The translations under genes and the position numbers were made by a program. Below the pieces are notes generated by a model. It was not told where the DNA came from. It searched no databases and worked only from the letters and a program-made list of their open reading frames with translations. From an uncultured virus (IMG/VR IMGVR_UViG_3300016474_000883) (taxonomy: Duplodnaviria > Heunggongvirae > Uroviricota > Caudoviricetes), in IMG/VR virus record IMGVR_UViG_3300016474_000883: a DNA stretch of 20,000 nucleotides. One strand, written 5' to 3'. Positions 8,322-15,273 of this stretch are shown piece by piece (position 1 is the first letter of the stretch; each line of letters opens with the position of its first letter).

Positions 8322-9195
8322 GATTTTCTAATATTTGTTTAACATGATTTGTTACCATTTTCCAAGTTGTAGGACCTTCTTCCGCATCAGCATATTCTAC
8401 TGGGTCTGGTTTTCCTAATTTCATAAATGCTTCAATACGTTCTACAGATGATGCTGATTTATAATCTGAATACCATTTAGAGCGAATTTCACCATTTACA
8501 TCTGTCCAAGTCCAATAAATAGGTTTATATGATGTGTTAGTACGTTTATATACTTCATCAAAATTTAACTTTAAACAATCACAATATTTATCACCATCTC
8601 CTAATATACCAAATTTATCAGTATCAAGATAAGGTGTATAATGATATACTTTTTCAGCTCCCCAATTGCCTTGTTTAAATGCTTCAAAATCAGCATCTCT
8701 AAATTCTTGACGACAATCAGGATAGATAGCATGATCACCAGCATGAATACCCATTGCAATAGCACATTCAGTATTCTTTTGCTCAGCAATTGATAATGCT
8801 ACTGCTTGAATAATAGAACTAAAGATTTTATTACGATTAGGAACTACTGTTGCTTTCATATTTTCTTCAGCATAGTGTCCTTCAGGTACTTCTTCACCTC
8901 CAGTTACTAATGCTGAATTAAGTAGTTGTTGTAATCCATCAAGTTTAATTACTTGGTGTTTTACTAGTGGATAAATTTCTTCAAATCCATTTGGAGCATG
9001 ATCATGATGAAATAAACGATTTGGATTGTTGTTAATATACTTAACTAAATCCTTAGCACGTTCTAGTTCAACATTATGTTTTTGTCCATAATCAAATGAT
9101 AACGCTGTTACTTCATAGCCATTGGCGAGTAGATGAAGCAGCAATGTGGAGCTATCCATTCCTCCACTTAGGGATAATACTGCTTGTTTTTTCAT
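8308..9195 (-). CDS. queC: 7-cyano-7-deazaguanine (preQ0) synthase, variant lacking the Zn-Cys cluster
   Basis: PP-loop SGGMDSST, FDYGQKH..E, VVPNRN, GIHAGDHAIYPDCR, TPY...K, DPVEY. Confidence 0.96.
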   Translation of the reverse strand: MKKQAVLSLSGGMDSSTLLLHLLANGYEVTALSFDYGQKHNVELERAKDLVKYINNNPNRLFHHDHAPNGFEEIYPLVKHQVIKLDGLQQLLNSALVTGGEEVPEGHYAEENMKATVVPNRNKIFSSIIQAVALSIAEQKNTECAIAMGIHAGDHAIYPDCRQEFRDADFEAFKQGNWGAEKVYHYTPYLDTDKFGILGDGDKYCDCLKLNFDEVYKRTNTSYKPIYWTWTDVNGEIRSKWYSDYKSASSVERIEAFMKLGKPDPVEYADAEEGPTTWKMVTNHVKQILENHANI

Positions 9196-9464
9196 TAATT
9201 ATATTTTTTATATAAGGTTTCTAATACTTGAATATCTTCATTACTCATTTGATAGTAATTTTTAGATAAAGCGTCACACATGTTAATATGTTCTTGCTCT
9301 AGCAATGATGCTTGAGATGCTTTATGTTTAAAAACTTGAGTTTGGTTTAAATGACCATCTTCAATAAGAGCATCAATAAGTTCTTTAATATCCCCAGAAT
9401 CACATTCTGAGAGGAATTCATCTACTGAAATGTCTACTTCGGTGTCTGAGTAAAAATAGGGCAT
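9195..9464 (-). CDS. Hypothetical acidic protein
   Basis: 89-aa ORF with TAATG coupling to queC. Confidence 0.75.
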   Translation of the reverse strand: MPYFYSDTEVDISVDEFLSECDSGDIKELIDALIEDGHLNQTQVFKHKASQASLLEQEHINMCDALSKNYYQMSNEDIQVLETLYKKYN

Positions 9465-9482
9465 AACTTTTTATTATTAAAT

Positions 9483-10268
9483 TTATATTCCGTTAATTGT
9501 TCTAAAATATTTAGTATTTAAAATAACTTTTCCAATCTGTGATTTATCAAATTTACTATCTATGACTTCATCAATTTTAGTTTTAGGTTTTTGATCTAAA
9601 CCATATGGTTCATAGAGTGTACCTTCAATAGCAGCCATAATAGGATTTGATGTGTCAATTGTAGTAATAAAAGGCATATTCCTATAATGAGCAAATTCTT
9701 GTGGAATAGCACATCCTAATAAATGAACATTATCTGTTTCTTTAATAACACCTTGATTATACAATTTACTTACAACATATACTCTACCTACTGCTGTTGC
9801 TACAGCTGGAGTTGGGTGTGGAAATTCATTTTGATAGTAAGCAGCACCATATGAAAATGCTATTTTTCTATATCCTAATGATTTATATTTTTGATAGCAT
9901 TCTGCTGCTTCATAAAAACTTTTAGCTTGTACTACAGCTACTTTAAGAGTATGAGATGGAAGTTCAATTTTAGTCCATTCAGCAGCATTTTGAATTGATG
10001 CTTCCATATCTTCCCATACATCAGGAACAATAAATTCATTTGGTTGTAGTTCATTAATCCAATACATTAAACGATCAGTATCATAAGCATGACCTAATTC
10101 ATGTAATGAATTATCCATAATGATATAACGATTATTTTCTTTAGCCCATCTAAAGTATTTTTCATACTCTTCATATTTGTCTAGCAAATGAGGTAGACAA
10201 TAATCATAATCATTAAAACTTTTAGACATTTCTAATAACGATAATGGAACTTCGTGAGATACTTTCAT
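9483..10268 (-). CDS. dpdA: Divergent TGT-fold guanine transglycosylase, probable DpdA (DNA 7-deazaguanine insertion)
   Basis: TGT-barrel motif order IIMDNS (cf. MxDSG), IVPDV, AVVQ, VHLLG, TIDTS; 261 aa; heads the queC-queD-queE-folE cluster. Confidence 0.78.
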   Translation of the reverse strand: MKVSHEVPLSLLEMSKSFNDYDYCLPHLLDKYEEYEKYFRWAKENNRYIIMDNSLHELGHAYDTDRLMYWINELQPNEFIVPDVWEDMEASIQNAAEWTKIELPSHTLKVAVVQAKSFYEAAECYQKYKSLGYRKIAFSYGAAYYQNEFPHPTPAVATAVGRVYVVSKLYNQGVIKETDNVHLLGCAIPQEFAHYRNMPFITTIDTSNPIMAAIEGTLYEPYGLDQKPKTKIDEVIDSKFDKSQIGKVILNTKYFRTINGI

Positions 10269-10274
10269 AACGAT

Positions 10275-10306
10275 TTAATATAAATATAAAACTTAATTTA
10301 GCCAAA
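10275..10306 (-). promoter_or_regulatory. Putative promoter TTTG-N20-TATATTAA, 6 nt before the dpdA ATG
   Basis: Recurring motif with conserved spacing; intergenic. Confidence 0.55.
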
Positions 10307-10314
10307 TGCTCTTT

Positions 10315-10836
10315 TTAATAAGGAAGTGTGTCTTCTTTTAATCGACTCAACCAATTAGGATACTGTCTAATCACTTCATCTGTAGTACCAAAAGCATGTT
10401 TCTCAATAAAATCATCAACATCAGCTTTAGTACCACCAAATGTTTTGCGAAGACTATTTTTTAGATTTTGCATACGCTCAAACTCATCACGTTGGAAGTC
10501 TTGTCTGAGATTTTTTAAGCGTTTGTTGTAATTAGTTATAATGTCACGTTCTAGTTCTTGTTTTACTGAGAATGTTTTGTCACTGTTGCGAAGCGCAGCA
10601 ATTTCTTCAGCCATCCACCAATATTCATAGTTGATATACTTACCATAGGGTGAGTATTCAAAGTCTCCATTTTTACATTTATTCCATATATGTTCTTTAT
10701 CAGGTAGAAACTTATGAGTAGCATATCGTCTATGCCAATAGAAAACATTGAATTTTTTCATTTTTGGTGGTTTGGCAGGAGCCTTGATACCAAATGTAGG
10801 ATTAAATTCTTGTAAAACTTCTTTAACTGTAACCAT
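10315..10836 (-). CDS. Hypothetical protein
   Basis: 173-aa ORF; aromatic/basic N-half (FYWHRRY, NGDFEYSPY) and helical C-half. Confidence 0.8.
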   Translation of the reverse strand: MVTVKEVLQEFNPTFGIKAPAKPPKMKKFNVFYWHRRYATHKFLPDKEHIWNKCKNGDFEYSPYGKYINYEYWWMAEEIAALRNSDKTFSVKQELERDIITNYNKRLKNLRQDFQRDEFERMQNLKNSLRKTFGGTKADVDDFIEKHAFGTTDEVIRQYPNWLSRLKEDTLPY

Positions 10837-10843
10837 ATATTTT

Positions 10844-11134
10844 TTATACTAATTCTTCTGCAAATACTTCTTCAACTAACTCTTCATATAAGTCATCTAG
10901 ACCTTCTATTTCACGAAACCGTTCAATATTAAAATTAGGTTCAACAGGTACACCATTGAGTTTAGCAGTAATTGGATTACGAATTTCTTCTAGTAGTACT
11001 CCAACTAAATGTCCTAACTCAATGATTTCCCTAATCATGTAGTGATTACCTTTTTTAGGACGGTTAAGTATTTTTTCTAATTGTTCAGTGTTGAATCTAT
11101 CATCAACACATTCTACTAATGTACCTATTTTCAT
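10844..11134 (-). CDS. Hypothetical protein, possibly a small beta-barrel
   Basis: 96-aa ORF (MKIGTLVECVDD...ERFRE) with its own promoter-like motif. Confidence 0.8.
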   Translation of the reverse strand: MKIGTLVECVDDRFNTEQLEKILNRPKKGNHYMIREIIELGHLVGVLLEEIRNPITAKLNGVPVEPNFNIERFREIEGLDDLYEELVEEVFAEELV

Positions 11135-11138
11135 AATT

Positions 11139-11170
11139 TAAATATAACAAAAAAGGCTTGGAAATCCAAG
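11139..11170 (-). promoter_or_regulatory. Putative promoter CTTG-N20-TATATTTA overlapping a terminator, 4 nt before the ATG
   Basis: Recurring motif with conserved spacing. Confidence 0.5.
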
Positions 11171-11173
11171 CCT
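11149..11173 (-). terminator. Rho-independent terminator
   Basis: Minus strand reads AGGCTTGG-ATTT-CCAAGCCT followed by TTTTT; about 25 nt after the stop at 11199. Confidence 0.85.
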
Positions 11174-11198
11174 AATTTGAAAAATATTAATTTTTTAA

Positions 11199-11597
11199 TT
11201 ATGATTTTTCACCATAGAATACATTAAGTAATGATGAAGTAGTAGTAGCATTGACTGCAGTTACTGTATACCCAGCGCCACTAACATGCAATGGGATCCA
11301 TGTCCAGTCACCTGGGCGTAAAATCACAGCTGAACTACCTGAAGTGTTTGAACCTGTGATATTGAGAGTGACAGTAACAGGAGCAGTTGATGGGGCAGCA
11401 GCGTAAAAATACACTGTGGCTGAAGAGTCAGCGCCAGCTGAAGGTCCATAAAGAATAGTAGATGAACTAGCTGAGATGATTCTATATTGATATTCAGCTG
11501 ATCCATTGATTGTTTCTGTGGCTGTTAAACTAACAGAAGCAGGGTTAGGAAATAATGTGGTTGATGATAAAACTGCTTGTGCGGTTAATGTTGGCAT
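11199..11597 (-). CDS. Ser/Thr/Ala-rich beta-strand protein, possible virion surface/decoration protein
   Basis: 132 aa with very few charged residues and LRPGDWTWIP; flanked by a late-type motif and a terminator. Confidence 0.75.
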   Translation of the reverse strand: MPTLTAQAVLSSTTLFPNPASVSLTATETINGSAEYQYRIISASSSTILYGPSAGADSSATVYFYAAAPSTAPVTVTLNITGSNTSGSSAVILRPGDWTWIPLHVSGAGYTVTAVNATTTSSLLNVFYGEKS

Positions 11598-11629
11598 GTT
11601 ATTTAGGGTTTTATTATATTAGTGTTTTA

Positions 11630-11641
11630 TTATACATATCA
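11630..11641 (-). promoter_or_regulatory. Putative late promoter motif TGATATGTATAA
   Basis: Identical to 435-446; intergenic. Confidence 0.5.
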
Positions 11642-11646
11642 CCTCC

Positions 11647-12606
11647 TTAGTAATAAGTTATAGTTGTGTCATCTTCTTCTCTCTTTAATTTTTGGATTAA
11701 AGGAGCAGAAGGATGTATATATGGTTCCTCAGGTTTAGGTTCTTCCACAACAGTAGGTGGAGTATAAATTTGATACTCTTTAGGTGGTTCTTCAGGTACT
11801 ACTTTAGGTTTTAGTTGATTAAAAGCGATATTAGCCGCAATTACTAAACATATAGCTAAAGGGTCAAATACAAAAATGATTACAAGTAAAAACCAGTTTA
11901 TAATTTGATCCATAGGTTTACCTGTAAGGTTACTTAAATACTTAAGGGGTCCTAATTCGCCTGCTAATTCTGCTTTAGATTCAATTTCTAATATTTTCAT
12001 ATCTAAAGCTGTTATACTATCATTTGCTGCTATAATTTTATTATCAACTATGTCTTTGTTTTGTAAAGCAGTATTTAATTGAGCTTCAAATGTTTTTCTA
12101 TTAGCGTTGTTAGCACGAGTAACAACTTGACCTGTTCTAGCATCTACAGATTGAGTTGTACTACCTGTAGCTAAAGCATTTCGTAATTGACTGATATCAT
12201 TATCTAGTCTTTGTTTTTCAGTTGTATAGTCTACTTTGGTTTGTTCAAAGCGTTCTTTTTTAACTTTATATACTTGGGTTTCTTTATCTACAACACTTGC
12301 TTTATTAGCTGTGTCTTGATAAGCACCACTTAAGAAACCATAAATACCAGCTGAAGTAATACAGATTAAGGTTATTAATGCTATGGTTAAATATAATCTT
12401 AGTAGGTTACCTAATTTATCCCAATATTGATAAAGCAAAGAAGCCATTACTAATTTAGCTGCTTCTAAACTAGAAGCCATAATAATTACTTCAGTACTTG
12501 CTCCAGCAAATAATTTAGATAAACCAGTTATAGAATAGAAAGCAGCACTACCGCTAACGGCTAGTGCTGACAATGCTATTAAGAATGGAAATATTTTTTG
12601 TTTCAT
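11647..12606 (-). CDS. Membrane protein with three N-terminal TM segments, a long coiled coil, a C-terminal TM segment and a Pro/Glu-rich tail
   Basis: Hydrophobic segments in roughly the first 95 aa and at WFLLVIIFVFDPLAICLVIAA; heptad-rich middle; GELGPLKYL. Confidence 0.85.
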   Translation of the reverse strand: MKQKIFPFLIALSALAVSGSAAFYSITGLSKLFAGASTEVIIMASSLEAAKLVMASLLYQYWDKLGNLLRLYLTIALITLICITSAGIYGFLSGAYQDTANKASVVDKETQVYKVKKERFEQTKVDYTTEKQRLDNDISQLRNALATGSTTQSVDARTGQVVTRANNANRKTFEAQLNTALQNKDIVDNKIIAANDSITALDMKILEIESKAELAGELGPLKYLSNLTGKPMDQIINWFLLVIIFVFDPLAICLVIAANIAFNQLKPKVVPEEPPKEYQIYTPPTVVEEPKPEEPYIHPSAPLIQKLKREEDDTTITYY

Positions 12607-12822
12607 TTAATCCCAAATAATTGATTGGTACTTTCCTTCAATTGCGTGATGTAAAGAGTTTGATACTTCCATCTTATTACCAAGTGCTTCATTTACACAT
12701 TCTGCTGCAAATCTTTTTGCTACATCTTCCGCATACATATGCATTAATTGTTCTTGGCTTAAGTTAGAATCTTTAAAATAATTTAAAAACTCTTTCGCTG
12801 TTTTTAATTGATAGATTCGCAT
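12607..12822 (-). CDS. Hypothetical protein
   Basis: 71-aa ORF abutting the next start codon. Confidence 0.7.
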   Translation of the reverse strand: MRIYQLKTAKEFLNYFKDSNLSQEQLMHMYAEDVAKRFAAECVNEALGNKMEVSNSLHHAIEGKYQSIIWD

Positions 12823-12977
12823 TTTTCTGTTTGTTTTAGTGAGTTTAAATATTCATTAGTAGTATCAGTTGGCATCCCAAAAGTTGCCATAACATCATCT
12901 ACAAATTGAGTCCCGTGTTTTTTCCTCAATTTTTTAATCATATCTTTCTTTAATATTAAGTATAATAATTTTTTCAT
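12804..12977 (-). CDS. Small hypothetical protein, 57 aa (MKKLLYLILKKDMIKKLRKKHGTQFVDDVMATFG...); alternative start 12941
   Basis: Below the track cutoff; manually translated. ATGA overlap with the endonuclease stop; fills the gap. Confidence 0.6.
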   Translation of the reverse strand: MKKLLYLILKKDMIKKLRKKHGTQFVDDVMATFGMPTDTTNEYLNSLKQTEKCESIN

Positions 12978-13564
12978 TTATATTTAAATTTATATCCACC
13001 TGCAGTTTTGTTTTTACCTCGACAGCAATTATTGATATCTGAAGATTGGATGTTTAAGATTTGGCTGGCTTCTTTAATGCTTGGCCATTCTTTAATAATA
13101 TTGTTTTGTTTATCTAATTGATATATTGGTTTTTTTCTTTTTTCTATTATGTTTTTTATAGACTCAAGAGTACGTTTATATCCTTTAGCATATGAATTTC
13201 CTTTATTTCTGCTTATTCCTTTATTTGATATACTTTGTTTAAGTCTTGTTTCAATTGATAAAGATTTGCCTTTTCTTGGTTCACCTATTTTTTTACGAGA
13301 CTCAAGAGTGTGTTTAGGGGTTCCTTTTTCACATCCACCCCCACCATTATTTTTATTAGTTAATTTATACCCCCAAGCTTTAAATTGATAAATCCAATAT
13401 GATTCCCAAAACCTCCAATCTTCTACTTCTTCAAGTAATTCAATTTTAATATGGTTACCGTATTTTCTTTTATGATCATTTAATCTTTTTTTAAGAGTTT
13501 TTGAAGTTTCTCCAACATAAAAAGGAATATTATCACCTATATGTAAAAAATAAATTCTTACCAT
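12974..13564 (-). CDS. Free-standing GIY-YIG-like homing endonuclease with NUMOD3 repeats and a NUMOD1 C-terminus
   Basis: RIY...FYVGET..R..H, WESYWI, LTNKN.GG; HTLESRKKI/RTLESIKNI repeats; KPIYQLD...WPSIKEA...CCRGKNKTAGGYKFKY. Confidence 0.9.
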   Translation of the reverse strand: MVRIYFLHIGDNIPFYVGETSKTLKKRLNDHKRKYGNHIKIELLEEVEDWRFWESYWIYQFKAWGYKLTNKNNGGGGCEKGTPKHTLESRKKIGEPRKGKSLSIETRLKQSISNKGISRNKGNSYAKGYKRTLESIKNIIEKRKKPIYQLDKQNNIIKEWPSIKEASQILNIQSSDINNCCRGKNKTAGGYKFKYK

Positions 13565-13592
13565 TTATCATAAATATTCTATTTTATGATAA
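13565..13592 (-). promoter_or_regulatory. 10-bp perfect hairpin abutting the endonuclease ATG, containing the late-type motif AATATTTATGAT
   Basis: ttatcataaa (13565-13574) / tttatgataa (13583-13592) with an 8-nt loop. Confidence 0.6.
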
Positions 13593-13601
13593 GGCTACAT
13601 T

Positions 13602-15264
13602 TTACCCTTCACAAGACACACAAGTTTCAGCGGTTCTTTGTAAATTGTCTCCTCTTAAAACACTTTCTGTTCTTAAATAATACAATGTTTTAATACCTTG
13701 TTTCCAAGCTTCTTTATGTACTAAACTAATGAACTTAGGAGCATCATTAGGATCAAAACAAAGATTCAATGAGATTGCTTGATCAACATATTTTTGTCTA
13801 ATGCCATTTTGGCGAACAATTTCTAGCTGATTGATTTCTTTAAATGTTAAGAATACTTCTTTTTCTTCATCAGTTAAAATATAATCAGGAACATTAACAA
13901 CTGAACCTTGGTCTTTTAAGATCTGATCCCAAACACTGTCAATGTTGTATCCTTTTTTCTCAAGTAATGCTTCAAGAATTTTATTTCGTTTAATGAATAC
14001 ACCTTTAGCTGTTTTTAAGTTATAAACATTAGCAGGAATAGGTTCAATTGAAGGTGATACGCCTCCTGAAATGTGAGCATTTGATACTGTAGGTGCAGGT
14101 GCAATATGATGAGTATGTCTTAAACCTGTACCTTTACACCATTCTGGTTCACCATAAACCATAGCTTGCTCACGGGACGCTTTTAATACTTCTTGTTCAA
14201 TAAAATCAAACATCATTCTAGTATAAGAATTTGCTTGAATGCCTACAAATGGTAATCCTTTTTGTTGTAAGAAAGTATGCCAACCTAAAACACCAACTCC
14301 AATTGCTCTACCTTTAGTAGCTGAGCGAACTGTGTTTTCCATGAATTTGATGTTTTTAGCTCTATCAATAAATTCTTGAAGTACCCCTTCTAAAAACCAA
14401 CAAGACAATTCAGGTAATGTCATTCCATTTTCAAACTTAAAATCTTTCCATTCATCCCATCTTGCTAAGTTTAAAGATGATAAACAACAAATAAATGAGT
14501 GTAATTCATCAGTGTAAAGAGCAATTTCAGTACAAATGTTAGTCATTGATACTTGTAAATTGTTCTTTTTATATGCTTCAGGATTAGCATTATTAATGTT
14601 ATCTTCAAACATGATATAAGGTTCACCTGTTTCAAGACGTGTTTTAAGAATTTCACCCCAAATCTTTAGTGATTTAGGATCTTTATTCTCAAGTTTATTC
14701 ATAAACTCATCATCAACAACTACACATTGATGAAGATTCAAACACTGTCTATTAACATCACCTTTTGGTCTACGAATTTGTAAAAATTCTTCAATATCTG
14801 GGTGGTTAATGTTTAAGTTAACAGATGCTGCTCCTCTACGAACACTACCTTGGTTAGTAGCTAAAATTGTAGAGTCATAAATTTTACACCATGGGACTAC
14901 ACCTTCTGATACTCCATTGTCTTTAATGGCTTTACCTCGTCCTCTAATACNNNNNNNNNNNNNNNNNNNNNNNNNNNNNNNNNNNNNNNNNNNNNNNNNN
15001 NNNNNNNNNNNNNNNNNNNNNNNNNNNNNNNNNNNNNNNNNNNNNNNNNNNNNNNNNNNNNNNNNNNNNNNNNNNNNNNNNNNNNNNNNNNNNNNNNNNN
15101 NNNNNNNNNNNNNNNNNNNCTTTGCTTACTCTTTTATATGCGTCAAATACATCTTCATCAGGTAATAAATAACCTTTTGAAATCATACTAACTGCAATTT
15201 CATCCATCCATTCAGGGTAATGTTTACCCTTAATCCAATTTGTTGTATCTATTTGTGAGCTCAT
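13602..15264 (-). CDS. nrdA: Class I ribonucleotide reductase alpha subunit, short form with no ATP cone; interrupted by an assembly gap
   Basis: N-terminal KGYLLPDE. After the gap: NGVSEGVVPW, NQGSVRRGA, catalytic TNICTEI, ICCLSSLN, APTVSN, DQAISLN, KTLYY, C-terminal CVSCEG. The frame across the Ns is undetermined. Confidence 0.95.
14951..15119. other. Assembly/scaffold gap (169 N)
   Basis: Run of N. Confidence 1.
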
Positions 15265-15273
15265 AATCTTGTT

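Noticed and set aside
4711..9195. que genes as a bacterial queuosine tRNA operon
   Set aside because: No queF, queA or canonical tgt in the window, and the context is a phage replication module with a DpdA-like gene; DNA modification is the more parsimonious reading.
8601..11506. Nested minus-strand ORFs 8601-8789, 10563-10748 and 11324-11506
   Set aside because: Alternate frames entirely inside longer credible genes.
13160..13309. 12-bp direct repeat agactcaagagt (13160-13171, 13298-13309)
   Set aside because: Explained by duplicated NUMOD3-type TLES peptide repeats; not a CRISPR repeat or att site.
4024..13601. Group I introns housing the two GIY-YIG ORFs
   Set aside because: folE and nrdA end with complete C-termini, and the flanking non-coding DNA (60 nt or less) is too short for an intron core.
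13602..15264. nrdA as a split gene or pseudogene
   Set aside because: The break coincides with the N run, and both flanks encode intact NrdA sequence.
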